64,000 nt of DNA, taken from positions 55,966,059 through 56,030,058 of the forward strand of contig NC_068996.1 of the NCBI RefSeq assembly GCF_001194135.2. Direction: 5' to 3'. The notes under the pieces are model-generated. The model ran no database searches. It was not told where the DNA came from and worked only from the letters and a program-made list of their open reading frames with translations. Of this stretch, positions 1-13,574 are shown in pieces (within the stretch, counting starts at the first letter, position 1; every line of letters starts with the position of its first letter). The DNA is from Octopus bimaculoides (lineage: Eukaryota). The translations under genes were made by a program, and so were the position numbers.

Positions 1-128
1 AAGATGGGATTGTTTAGTTTTAGAATAACAGTGTAGAAGTGGGTGTCAGAGGCTAGAATTGGACACTTTAAACAAAAATGGTAGAATATTTGTGCCAGAT
101 ATGGAGGCTTTAAATGCTAAAGAGTTCA
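1..128 (+). mobile_element. piggyBac-like MITE, right part (cut by the window edge)
   Basis: Matches the 3' half of the copies at 5222 and 8630; ends aatgctaaagag-ttca. Confidence 0.75.
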
Positions 129-494
129 GAGCTGTAGGAGATACAAAGTAGTATGGTGAATAAAAACATAATCATGGTATGAGAAACCAATGTTTTTTTA
201 CTCTGTGATAAACATTTCTATTCTTTACCATGAATGGAACTGATTAAAATAAAAGAAGAATGGATAGCATTGTTTCTTTCCCAAAAAGTGTGAGAGAATT
301 TTTAAAATGCTTTTTTGTTTTCAACATTCAGTGTCTATACATACACGAATAAAATGTGTCAGTATTGACCGAATTCTAATGTTTTCATATACGGCTGGTT
401 GCAATGATTTTTCTTGCATTGTTTTCCATTTCAAATGATACCACCGCATCCTGAATGAGATGCCACATTTGCCTCTAGAATATACATATTGATA

Positions 495-525
<31 letters not shown>

Positions 526-589
526 TGTATGTATGTATGTATATGCATACACACATACATGCATCTATCTATATTTAACTCTTTTATCT

Positions 590-912
590 TTTATTTGCTT
601 TATTCATCAGATGGTGGCCAAGCTGGGGCACTGCCTTGAAGGGTTTTAATTGAGCAAATTAACCTGAGTATTTTTAAGCCTGATATTTATTATATTTGTC
701 TTTTTTGCAAAACAAAACAACATTGGTTGTCAAGTGTTGGTGGGGAAGAAACCCAACGAAACAAATAGATATATATAATAGGCTTCTTTCAGTTTCCGTT
801 TCTCAAATCCACTTACAAGACGTTGGTCAACTTGAGCTTATAGTAGAAGACATTATTCCAAGGTACCACGTGGTGGGTTTAAGGTCAAAACTATGCTGTT
901 GGGAAGCAAACC
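590..912 (-). mobile_element. tRNA-derived bipartite SINE
   Basis: Head (about 780-912) and tail (about 590-752) match the other copies at 9595-10195, 17385, 19790, 42455 and 63545. Confidence 0.7.
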
Positions 913-963
913 CTTTAGCATTCATATACATAGCCGATAATTATACATGTAACATATAATATA

Positions 964-1153
964 CAAATACATACATAAATGTATATATATATATATATAT
1001 ATATATACATGCACGCGCACATGCGTGTGTGTGTGTGTGAGTGTGTGCACGCAGGTGAATGTGTGTATGTGTGTGTGTGTGCATGCATGTGCGTGCGTGT
1101 GTGCATGCATGTGTGTGCATGTGTGCATGCATGTGTGTGTGTGTGTGTGCATG

Positions 1154-1235
<82 letters not shown>

Positions 1236-1280
1236 TGTCTGTCTGTGAGTGCGAGTGCGTGTATATATATATATATATAT
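964..1280. repeat. Compound (TA)n/(TG)n/(TGCA) alternating purine-pyrimidine microsatellite
   Basis: Read directly from the sequence; source of many spurious VC/HT ORFs. Confidence 0.95.
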
Positions 1281-1799
1281 TTAAGGAAACCTTGAAATGC
1301 AGAACAAAATAAATTTAAAACATAAAAAGAGAAAACGTACGAAAAATTTCGCTTATTTTTTTTTTGTAATTAATATTACTTTTTATGAGTATATTGTTTA
1401 TCATATTTGTTTATTATGTAAATAATCATTGGTTGTTCTTTTTACAGGAATAAAACTGACCAAGTCTTTGAGCATGAATGCATGTGTGTGTGGGAGAAGG
1501 TGTGTGGTTGTATATGTAAATGTGAGTGAATGACAATGTGTGAAGAAATGGGTTGTGTCAAGGACTGTAGGTAGATGTTCATACATATATGTATATGAAT
1601 ATATATGTGTGTATACGTGTGTGTGTGTGTGTATGCATATATATGTGTGTGCATGTGTATGTATATGTTTATATATATAAATATGTATATGTGTTTATAC
1701 ATATATATGTATGTATATATATATATGTGTGTAGATATATATATATATGTATGTGTATGTATATATATAAATACATATGTATATATACATATTTGTGTG

Positions 1800-1832
<33 letters not shown>

Positions 1833-2405
1833 ATGTATATATANNNNNNNNNNNNNNNNNNNNNNNNNNNNNNNNNNNNNNNNNNNNNNNNNNNNNNNNN
1901 NNNNNNNNNNNNNNNNNNNNNNNNNNNNNNNNNNNNNNNNNNNNNNNNNNNNNNNNNNNNNNNNNNNNNNNNNNNNNNNNNNNNNNNNNNNNNNNNNNNN
2001 NNNNNNNNNNNNNNNNNNNNNNNNNNNNNNNNNNNNNNNNNNNNNNNNNNNNNNNNNNNNNNNNNNNNNNNNNNNNNNNNNNNNNNNNNNNNNNNNNNNN
2101 NNNNNNNNNNNNNNNNNNNNNNNNNNNNNNNNNNNNNNNNNNNNNNNNNNNNNNNNNNNNNNNNNNNNNNNNNNNNNNNNNNNNNNNNNNNNNNNNNNNN
2201 NNNNNNNNNNNNNNNNNNNNNNNNNNNNNNNNNNNNNNNNNNNNNNNNNNNNNNNNNNNNATATATATATATATATATACATATATGTACGTATGTGTGT
2301 ATATACATCAGGTAAGAGAAGTGAATTGAGAATAGTTGTTTACTCCATTTGTTGACAGCTGTATTGTAATCTGTATTCTTACATAAGCAATACTATATCG
2401 TCCAC

Positions 2406-2464
2406 CACACACAGAAATAAATCTACACACACAGAAATAAATCTACACACACAGAAATAATCTA
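2406..2464. repeat. 20-bp tandem repeat x3 (cacacacagaaataaatcta)
   Basis: Read directly from the sequence. Confidence 0.9.
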
Positions 2465-2862
2465 CACACACATACACACGTACACACTTACACACACACA
2501 CACACATACACACTTACACACACACACACACACATGTATGTATATATACACCCATTAATATGACTGTGCTGTGACAATGGATAAACTACACTTCCTGAAA
2601 TAAACATCTAGCCTGTCATTTCACTTTTCTTATCTGATCAATCTTTATACATACTCTCTACCAACATGATCTCTGGACAGGCCAGGCAATGGTGAGGCTA
2701 TATTCTTGACCTAACCATGGTTTTCTTAATAGCCACCAGACAGAGCTCTTTTTGATTCTTTGAATCTCTGCTCCATTTATATATATATATATATATATAA
2801 CACATACACATGCGTATGTATGCATATATATATATATGTGTGTGTGTCTATGTGTCCATATA

Positions 2863-2922
<60 letters not shown>

Positions 2923-2944
2923 TATATGATGATGTTGATATGTA

Positions 2945-2989
<45 letters not shown>

Positions 2990-3120
2990 TTATATGTAAA
3001 TATATATGTATGTGTGTGTGTGCATTGTTGTATATATGTACCTATATCTCTGTTTATTTATATATATGTTTGTGTATATATGTATATATTTGTGTGTGTA
3101 TATATATATATGTTTATATA

Positions 3121-3163
<43 letters not shown>

Positions 3164-3168
3164 ATATA

Positions 3169-3454
3169 TTAAAGAATGTAGCTGTGTAAGGCTGGAACAA
3201 TGCAAGAAGATACAAAGTAAGCTACAAAATGAAAAGAGCACAACATTGCAGTTTTACCTTGTATTTCTATATTCTGGGGTGAAGACCCCTTCTTCAGGAG
3301 ATTCAGAAAAGCTTTACCAAATGTCCTGAAGAAGGGGTCTTCACCCCAGAATGTAGAAATACAAGGTAAATCTGCAATTTTGTGCTCTTTTCATTTTGTA
3401 GCTTACTTTGTATCTTCTTGCATTCTTCCAGCCTTACACAGCTACGTTCTTTAA
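3169..3454. repeat. Foldback inverted repeat (about 131-bp arms, 24-bp spacer) carrying a degenerate hammerhead-like core
   Basis: 3169-3299 is a near-perfect reverse complement of 3324-3454; CTGAAGA-A-GGGGT-CTTC-ACCCC-AGAA at 3326-3351. Confidence 0.85.
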
Positions 3455-3569
3455 AGTTATACCTCATAATGCTTCAAGAAAAGTAGCTTATATATATACA
3501 TACATATATATATATATGTGTGTGTGTGTGTGAATAGATAGATAAATAGACAGGTATTTATATATTTGC

Positions 3570-3618
<49 letters not shown>

Positions 3619-3625
3619 TTATACA

Positions 3626-4851
3626 CAGAGGTTGTCCCAGAAAGATTTACTGATTGATATTTCTTAATTATTCAAAATAAACTTATGGCAAGATAATGAA
3701 ATTTGGCACACATATTCTCATGTAAATTGTCAATCCATTGCAGCAATTACATTTCAAAATGACGACCTTTTGCTCTGATCATCATCATCCTGCAAATAAA
3801 TAGTCATTGAGTTGCATGGGTGCTGTACCACCTCTTCAGCCAACTTGACCCATGAAGACAGAAGGGCTTTCTTCAGATCTGACACATTTGAATAGGAGTG
3901 AGCAGAAACATTACTCTCTAAGATGGACTAGATAACAAAGTCCATGGGTTTGATGTCTGACCTTGTGGGAGGTCATATCGTTTTGTTCCCAAAACTGCTT
4001 GCACTATCTTTGTGTCAAACTGGATGTGTAGGCTGTTGCCCCATCTTGAATGAAGATGTAATGGTCACCAAAAGTTTCTGTGACCCAGGAGAACTTTTTC
4101 TCATCCAACATTTTCACACAAACATCACTGTTGACCTTGATGCCAGCATCAATGAAGATCAAAGGAGACTTGAACCCATTAGATGCAACTGCAGCCCATA
4201 CCATGAGTGAAGGTAGTTTCTGATGGTGTAAACGACTCCTGCTACCTTTGGGCAAGTATCCTACATTATATGCATAAAGCCTGTTATTCTACCTATTGGT
4301 AAATACCTCTACGGTGGAGATCTTCTTGTCAAACTAGATCAATACTTTGTCAGTGGTGCACTTCATCTTGGCTAACATGGCGTTACCTCTGTTGAGCCAT
4401 TCCTTGGAAGCTGACGAAATTACCTGCCTGGATTGTTTCTTGTGTGCAGTTAACTTGAAATCCTCTTTAAAATCCCTGTGCATTCACGATTAAATTTGCT
4501 TCTTCACAGATTCAACAGCTGGTTTGTTTGGTACAAATTGATTGTTTCTTACCAGGAATTGGCTTGTGAGGGGTAGTAGCAGATTCCATATATTGATTCC
4601 AGGTTTTGAACACTGTTTTACGGCACACATTCAACTGTTTTGCTATGTTCTTGTGGCTCACACCAGTTGTTTTCAAAGTGACAATCTGGACAAATTTTGT
4701 TTTTGCTTGCAAACCTGTTATAGACTGATGAAACAAAAGACACAGGAACAAAAGACATATGCAAATCTTTATGCAAAATGAAGAAAATACTACCTGAACC
4801 AGTAACCTTTAGGAAGTTTTAAACATGAGCAAATCTTTCTGGGGCACCCTG
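3626..4851 (-). mobile_element. Decayed Tc1/mariner DNA transposon, maT/DD37D-like
   Basis: TIRs CAG(A)GGT(T)G(T/C)CCCAGAAAGATTT at both ends in TA context; HTH (GVSHKNIAKQLNVCRKTV), VWAAVASNG..SPLIF, FIQDGA, (W)PPTRSDIKPMD; stops and frameshifts. Confidence 0.9.
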
Positions 4852-4872
4852 TATATACATACATATACATAC

Positions 4873-4929
<57 letters not shown>

Positions 4930-5221
4930 GATTTAATCCAATTAGCAGTTACCTCAGAATATATGAACATAACAAAAAACTTCTAGCAAAGCTGTGTGTA
5001 TGCTTTATGAGTAACCATATGATTTGTATTTGGTTCTTCAGTTTTCTCTTCATTGGTGACATTATTTTGTCTTTGCTCTCCCCCTCTCCTCTCTTTATCT
5101 CCTATTTTTCACAACTTGTTTTTTTTTTCTTTTTTTCTATCACTTAATTTTCTCTCTTTGTTAGCATGTATGATAGAAATGGAGTGTGCATGTAATGTTT
5201 GAATGCTTGTGACTTACTTAA

Positions 5222-5444
5222 CCCTTTAGCATTCAGATTACTCTCTTAAATGTAACGCTTTATTTATTCACTTTATCTTCAATCAATCATTTTTATTATC
5301 TCTTAGTTTTGAGATTTCAATGATGAAATCGTTTAGTTTCAGAATGACATTGTAGGGTAGGTGTGAGAGGCCTGATCTGACTGGCTTGAGCATAAAACAG
5401 GTAGAATATATGAGCTGGATATGGGTGGTTTAAATGGTAAAGGG
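5222..5444 (+). mobile_element. piggyBac-like MITE (223 bp)
   Basis: TTAA on both sides; TIR CCCTTTAGCATT / AATG(G)TAAAGGG. Confidence 0.85.
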
Positions 5445-7627
5445 TTAATTTAAGGATGTGTGCACATGTATGAAAGGAGTTTCATGTACGAAAGGAGTTC
5501 ATATGCGTGTATGTTTGTATGCTTGTGTTTGTTTGCGTATTAGTTTTTTCTTTTGTCAGCATGTATAAAAGAAAGGGGAGTGTGCATGTGTGTGTATGTG
5601 TATATATGCGTGTGTGTTAGTGTCTTACGTAAACATATCTTTGATATTTTAGTTCTTATTCCGTGCACCCACATTTATACATTCTCTCTATTGCCTCTCT
5701 CTCATTCTCTCTCTCTGTCTCTCTGTTTCCATCTTTGGCCCTCCCTCCTAACTTCCTACATTGTCCTTCTTTCCTTACTTTTTTTGCTAACTTTCACGCA
5801 GCTATTGCACATATACACCTGAGGACACACACACATGTACACACACACACATGCGCGCACACACATGCACAAACATACACACACACACACACAATATTTA
5901 CTGCATTAGTAAAAAAACAGATTCTAAAGCTTCCTTGTCCCTTTCTCTCTCTCTCTGCTCTTTTTTTCTTTTTTGCCACATGCATGCTTTTTCTTTGTTT
6001 GTCTGTCTGTTTGTCTGTCACTCTCTCTTTCTCTCTCTTTCTCTCACATCTTTTTCTTGCTGCAGCATCCTATCTCTCTCTCTCCTTCCCTTCCCCCCTC
6101 TTTCATTCTCCATTTCAATCTGTCTCATCTCATTTTACATTTCTTTTCCTCATCTTCATCATTTTTTTGTCCAATTTTGTTGATATTTTTTTGAAATACT
6201 TTCATAACAATTAAAAGAAAAAGTAAAATTAAAAAAAAAAAATGATATTTTGATATTTAAAAAAAAAAAATAATAGTTCTTCACCGATATCTGCTGGATT
6301 TTTTTTTTTTTAAATGCATTAATGTTCTCTTTAATTTCACTTTCTAAAGGACAGTGATGTGGGCTGCAACAGAGAAGGCTGCAAGGCCGGCTGTATACTA
6401 GGTCTTGTTTCCAATTCTTTGTGATACCTGTCAGGGTTAAATATTTACTCCACTTCCTCCAGCAGACAGATTCTCAATAACACACAATAAAAGCACAATG
6501 AAAAAGAAAACCTATATGTTATAATAAACAAAACAAAAACAATTTCAGTTTTAAATTCTTTCTCTCTCTCTTTCTCTCTCTCTCTTTCACTGTGTTTATA
6601 TCGATCAAAGGTTAGCACTAATTATACATATACACATATGCATACATACTGTCTTGTTAAAAGAATAATTTATATAAGTTGATATGGAAACAATTATTAA
6701 TATCTCACTTAACGTAGATATTCTATTAAAAGCCATAAAACTGTGGTATTTGTCTCAAGACATCATCTCACATGGATGTATAATATTGAAAAACACAGAA
6801 GTGTATAAGCAACAGATATACTCTTTGACATCTATGAAATGAATGAAACCATGATTTCTGTATTTTTGCATGTCATCAGCAGCCATTATCCACCCTATCA
6901 CACACTTAGAAAAAAATTAGCTCCTACTGATATAGAAAAACTGTGACTAATAAATGACTGGTGTCACAAATAGTTGGCAGACTGGGTTAAAACTTGTTAT
7001 TAGCAATGGATACAGTGTCTTGTTTTTCTAAAGCAATAGAAGTAAAATTTGAGTAAGCCTGTGCTTAATAATGGATCTTGCTACAGGTGATGCTAAAGAA
7101 AAGAAAAGAAATCTAGACTTAGCAAATTTCACCCCTTACTTCTGGATGCCTTTTCTCTACTACTCATGCATTTGTCTGCTTTTCAGCACCAAATGTGTAC
7201 ATGGGATACTTTCTTTTGATGAATACTGCTGTTGTGTAGCTTTTTATAGTATGTCCTGGTTAGCTAAGATATACAAAATGCTACATGTGCATTTGTGTGC
7301 ATGTGTGTGTGTGTCTAAATATATGGCTGTCTATATATGTTTGAATATATAATACGTTTTGTGCTTTTTCTTTTGTATTTTGCACCCTTTCAAAGGTGAC
7401 AATATGAATATATATTTACATACATATATATGTGTGTGTGCGTGTGCATGTTTATATACTTGTATAGCGTGACACGTATCCAAAGATTAGGCTCAGTTGT
7501 GGCTTTCACACTGCACACCAGTATCCAGTGTGGTACAACACAAGGCATCAACATGGTGGGCCAGGGTGCAGAATACGAACCAAAGAATAGAAAGGATAAT
7601 GAATAAACAGAAGACATTTTAGGAACT

Positions 7628-8172
7628 CAATACTTTATAGAACGTACACATGTCTCATTAGTATACTGTCATAATTATAAAGAATAAAAAGTTTTGAATG
7701 GTACAACAATGCACTATAATACAAAAAATGGACTATATACCTGTTGTGATTCCTTCTTCAGATATTCTTAGATGGAGTCATTGCTATAATCGGTTTACAA
7801 TGGCTTTTCTTGAAAAGCCGTTGTAAAATGATTATAGCAGAGACTCCATCTAAGAATATCTGAAGAAGGAATTGTATTCTGAAATATCATCGGACTATAG
7901 ATAACTAAATTACAACAGGTATATAGTCCATTTTTTGTATTATAGTGCATTGTTGTACCATTCAAAACTTTTTATTCTTTACAAACAATACACAATGCTT
8001 CAAGTGAACTACAATACTCTCCTGTCATAATTATATAACAAATTCCACTTCATCTCATCAGTGTATTTATTGCAGTTCACTAATGAGGTGAAGTGCAAGA
8101 CTGCATTATGTTTTGTATTATGTAATTGTTATGGCATTTTGATGAAACGAACATATGTTCTATAAAGTATTT
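7628..8172. repeat. Nested foldback palindrome with hammerhead-like core (Penelope pseudo-LTR-like)
   Basis: Inner hairpin 7749-7872; arms 7679-7747 and 7912-7980 are a perfect inverted repeat; outer arms 7628-7680 and 8120-8172 are partial; CTGAAGA-AGGA-ATTGTA-TTCT-GAAA-TA-TC at 7860-7888. Confidence 0.8.
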
Positions 8173-8629
8173 AATATCATATCTGTTTTCTGCTTAACTA
8201 TTATATATATATATATGTGCATATATACTATATGTGTATATTCTTACTTTTACAAAACACATACACAATATTATATACAGTGTTGTTTAAACTCATGACA
8301 ATACTTAGACTTTATAAGATGAATTTCAAGCTCATCTTATTCAGCTCACTCTACTTGTGGTCATACTTCTGTTCTCAGTGTACATGCCAACATGCATTCA
8401 AGCACAGCATCTACATTCATATTCATCAACATGCACTCTGTACAATCATACACAAACTGCTCCATCCTGTATTTCATGAAACAGAAAAACAAATTTGCAT
8501 AAAGGAAAAGTAGCAAAATTAAAATTAAATTGAATTAAATTTTGACAATTTTTAACACTTTTAACAAAATGTGTTATTCCCTACTCTGTCTGCTGGTGTG
8601 AACTTAAAAAAAATAAATAACTAGCTTAA

Positions 8630-8852
8630 CCCTTTAGCATTCAGATATTTCTCTGTCAAATGTAATGCTGTATATATTCACATTGTTTTGAATTAATCAT
8701 GCATTATCTCATAGCTTTGAGATTTTCATGATGTAATTGTTTATTTTTAGAATAACATTGTAGGGTCGGTGTGAGATGCCAGATCTGGCTACTTTCAACA
8801 TGAAACAGGTAGAATATTTGTGCCAGATATGGCCAGTTTAAATGCTAAAGGG
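8630..8852 (+). mobile_element. piggyBac-like MITE (223 bp)
   Basis: TTAA TSD and perfect 12-bp TIR CCCTTTAGCATT/AATGCTAAAGGG. Confidence 0.88.
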
Positions 8853-9433
8853 TTAATTGTGAATCATCACGAAATATACATACATACACTATATATNNNN
8901 NNNNNNNNNNNNNNNNNNNNNNNNNNNNNNNNNNNNNNNNNNNNNNNNNNNNNNNNNNNNNNNNNNNNNNNNNNNNNNNNNNNNNNNNNNNNNNNNNNNN
9001 NNNNNNNNNNNNNNNNNNNNNNNNNNNNNNNNNNNNNNNNNNNNNNNNNNNNNNNNNNNNNNNNNNNNNNNNNNNNNNNNNNNNNNNNNNNNNNNNNNNN
9101 NNNNNNNNNNNNNNNNNNNNNNNNNNNNNNNNNNNNNNNNNNNNNNNNNNNNNNNNNNNNATTTTTTTTAAAACGTCCAGTCACTCAGATTTTTCCTTTC
9201 ATTAAGTGAAATTAAGTAAATATATTAATTAAGTAAATAAGGACAAATAAACAAATAAAATGCATAATTTTAAATAGAAATTTTACTTAGGTAAGAGAAT
9301 GTACATTAAAATTTTATTATAATATTTAAATATTAGCACATATATATATATAGGTAGATAGGTAAATAGATAGGTAGGTAGGTAAATCAATCAACAGATA
9401 GGAAGGATGGAAGGCAGATAGCTATAAGTGTAT

Positions 9434-9483
<50 letters not shown>

Positions 9484-9594
9484 GTTTTTATAGTAATCAT
9501 TCTGCTTCTCTTTTTCTTTACTGCTTTGCTCTAAATTATTTTCTCTAAAATAAACTTGTAGTTAATTACTATAAGCTAATTATTATATAATTAT

Positions 9595-10195
9595 ATTTTG
9601 CCTTTTACATGTTTCAATCACTGGACTGCAGCCATGAATGGCCACCACCTTGAAAGGTTTAGTCAAACAAATTGATTCCAGTACTTACTTTTGAAGCCTG
9701 GTATTTAACTTATTGGTCTCTTTTACTGGACAGCGAAGTTACAAGGATGTAAATAAACCAACAATAATGTTCAAGTGGTGGTGGGGGACAAACACAAATG
9801 TAAAGATAGCACACATACATCACACACACACACATATGCACGCATGTATGTGTGTAAATTGACCAATTAATATATATACATATACACATACATACCCACA
9901 CACATGCATATGTATATCAATTTAGATATACAACTGAAAGAGATTCTAATAGTTTCATGCTATTATGATACTTGAGCAGGGGTATTCATAAAATATGTCA
10001 TGTATCTTAAAGCAACCTTTGAAGCTCTGTTTATGTATTTATATATATATAAATATGTGATAAGCTTCATTCAGTTTTTGTCTACTAAATTCACTCACAA
10101 GCTTTTGTTTGGCAAAAGTCACTTGTCCAAAGTGCCATGCAGGAGAACTGAAACCTTGATCATGTAGTTTAGAAGAAACCTTCTTACCACAGAAA
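9595..10195 (-). mobile_element. tRNA-derived bipartite SINE with central (CA)/(TA) tract
   Basis: Same head and tail blocks as 590-912. Confidence 0.7.
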
Positions 10196-10854
10196 TCATT
10201 AGTTAGTCTCTTGATCAAAAATAAAACTAATAGGTTTTCTAATAAAAATTAATAACACCTGTTTCTGAAAAATTAAGGAAACATAATATAGAATTGATTA
10301 TAATAATTCATTAATCCCTGCAGTATAATTTGTTTATATCTAATCTGAGGTGGATATACTGTAAAGAAGCAATAACATATCTCTCTCTCACACACACACA
10401 CACATTTATGTGTGTGTGTGTCTCCATTTAGTGTTAACTGTCAGAAGAATGAGTACTCAATTCCACACTAGATGTTATTTGTGTTGAGTGAGTCTCTTAC
10501 AATGCTGAGCTTCTCCCAGAGGTGGACAAGATCTTCAGGCAAGTTACGATTGGAAACTGATAAGGTTTACACATTCATATTTAGTTATCCTCTCTTTCTT
10601 TTTCTTTTCCTTTTCTTTCTGTTACACTCTTTTCTTTTTCTCTCACTTTCCTTTCTCTTCTTTCTTCCTTTTCTTTTGTTTTCATCTTTTTCCTTCTTTA
10701 TCATACTTTCTCCTCATCATAGCACCCTGTGCCAAGAAAACTATGTATAAACGTGCAAACTCCCACCAAGTTTTCAGTCGTAACTTGTTTGAAAATCAAA
10801 TGCATCAACAGATGAAACTCAGAGTAACAAAAAATTGATTAGACCAAAGTAAAA

Positions 10855-10902
<48 letters not shown>

Positions 10903-11556
10903 GTGTGTGTATGTGTGTGATTTTGAAAAGAGAAAAATTAACATAATTTATGAACCAATAAGACACAACCTTCCTCCCTCATGAGACTCAGTGTGCTAAC
11001 TGTTTCTCTTCTAACACTACAATATGTTTCATCTTTATATTGTGTCTGTCTGCATCGTGGGTCCTTTGGTGAGGTGGTTATTAGAACCCTCAATTCCTTT
11101 TTCTTTCTTTCTTTCTTTTATATATTTCACTGATATCGTGATATTCTCTATCTCTTCATTTTCTTTTTTTTTTTTTTATTCCGGTGAGGTTTACCGAAGA
11201 AAGCCTTCTCTTCAATTTAGTTAATGCTCTATTGAGATCTCAAATGACTAACAAGTCCAACTTCGCACAAACAGACCCCACAGGAGACGCTACAAACATT
11301 TTCAGGCCCAAATTTTAGGCAAAATATTCGCAATTATTCAATCAGATTGAATAATAGGAACATTTCAGCTATTTTTTGCAGGCTGATTTTCTGCCAAGAT
11401 TTGGCACGATGAGAAAAATGTAAATTTAGTGGCTCAAGGGAAGCAATCATCCAGGAATTGTTGTACTAATTATTTCCCTTGTTATATGTTTGCAAACCGG
11501 TGCTAACTTGACAAAATTAATGTTACATATATAAACTTACACACTCTCACACACAA

Positions 11557-11595
<39 letters not shown>

Positions 11596-12314
11596 GCTTT
11601 ATTCTTTATCAAACAGGAACTCCCTTTGGTGAAATACTAGCCCACCTCACCCTACATTTTACCCCTTTCTTTTATGCAGCCACCCGTCTATGAAACATAA
11701 TATATATATAAGGCACACATAAATATATCTGGATATGCACATGTGTATGCACGAGCCTTTCTGTGCATGTATTATGCACATCAGCATAGAGGGGGTTGGT
11801 TGTGGTTTCTCGTTATCATTTGTTAAGTAATAATGTTAATGTAAAAAAAAATGACCATCTTTAATCCCTTTCATTTCAAAAGCTGTTACTCTTTCACTGA
11901 AAATTAATGCATGGCAGGAATAATTTAGTTAAGAGTAGCTGTTAAATATATCTAACGCTGTATATATATAATAAAAATTTAGACTAAATATTTTAATTTA
12001 CTTTATAACATTCTTTTAATGTCTAACTTGCAATTATATTTACTAATTAAATTAATAATTGCTATCTACATCAATATTTTAAACAGGCAGCTAAAAAATT
12101 TATAAAATTTGTTGAAAATTAAATATTTAGTGAAAATTTTTAATATTTTGTGGAAATAGGGAATAATAATCGCTAAGTATAATTGTGCATTTTCTAACAA
12201 AACCAAAAAAAAAATATATATTTAGGAGGCATTATCACTGTGTTGACCAGAATATTAGATGTTACTATACAACGCTAGTGACAATGTGCTTCTTTGCATT
12301 GTTTTAGGTTTCAA

Positions 12315-12510
12315 ATGAGGCTATCCCTGTAGCAAAGTAGGCATTCCCCTTGAAAAGAATGGTAGTCCATCACAGGGTGTCCCATTTGCGGCTGAGTGGA
12401 CTGGAACAATGTGAAATGAAGTGTTTTGCTCAACAACACAATGCACCACCTGGTTCAAGAATTGAAACCAGAATCTTATGATCATGAGTGCAACACTAAG
12501 CCACACAACT
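12315..12510 (-). mobile_element. tRNA-derived SINE (second family)
   Basis: Minus strand carries A-box-like TGGCTTAGTG and B-box-like GGTTTCAATTC; similar to 12740-13030. Confidence 0.6.
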
Positions 12511-12623
12511 TAAGATACACACACACACACACACACAAACATATATATGTTTATACATGTGTGTGTATGTGTGTATATATATATATATGTATATGTATGT
12601 ATGTGTGTGTATATATATATATA

Positions 12624-12715
<92 letters not shown>

Positions 12716-12739
12716 AATACGTATGTATGTATGCATGAA

Positions 12740-13030
12740 TCACTGTATTGACCAGACTACCAGAAGTTGTCTTACACTGCTGGTTACTATGCGCTTCCTC
12801 ATTTTGTCCAACTTTCTAATGATGCCAACCCACTAGTGGCCAGGCCAGCCAACATTCCCTATGGTTAGAATGCCAGTCCATCGCAAAGTTACCCTTTCAC
12901 AGTTGCATGGACTTGAATAACATGACATGAGATGTTCTTTTCAAGAACATAATGCTTCACTGGCCTGGGAACTGAAACTACAATCTTGTAATCACAAGTG
13001 CAACACCCTAACCACTAGGCCAGGCATCTT
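12740..13030 (-). mobile_element. tRNA-derived SINE (second family)
   Basis: Minus strand TGGCCTAGTGGTTAGG...GTTTCAGTTCC head; similar to 12315-12510. Confidence 0.6.
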
Positions 13031-13574
13031 CACATATTAGGCATTATATTGCAAAAAAAAAAAAAAAGAAAAAAAAGAAAGAAAAAAAAAGAAACCGGAG
13101 AATTAAAAAAATATATACAATTTATGTGCAGGAAAATCTAAAGCACAAATTTTCACATTCTAAAACATTTCACGGCTGGTTTTCCACTACAGAATATGAT
13201 TTCACTTATATATATCTTTATATATATATATATATTTTTTTTAATTTTTAAAAATTATTGTTGAAATGTCTGTTCATTTGATTGGATTTTGGTTTTTGGA
13301 TGCCTTATTGAGAACCAGTGTGAATTCTATTGTAGTCATTAGATTTTAATTCATTGGTGACAGTGGTTATTGTTGGGGATCAAAATGAAGAGAAAAATAT
13401 ATTCTTTGGTGTACACCCTGCTGAAATTTAGATAATGTTAAAAAACCAAAACAGGTACTATAACTCTAAATTACAGTCGACCTGAGAATAATAATGACCA
13501 AAAGGTGCTTCCACACTCCTCAAACTGTGGAACTCCTGAACCAAATGGCCACAACCAGATGCAGCTTGAAGTCA

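Noticed and set aside
321-3329. Many 60-290 aa ORFs rich in YI/VC/HT repeats or X (also at 12.4-12.8, 22.5-25.9, 28.4-28.8, 34.1-35.0, 44.1-44.9 and 50.9-52.9 kb)
   Set aside because: Translations of (TA)n/(TG)n microsatellites and N-gaps, not genes
6350-6401. GC-richer block after a good acceptor (DSDVGCNREGCKAGCIL)
   Set aside because: Weak GTCTTG donor, no SLC6 similarity and no supporting neighbour exon
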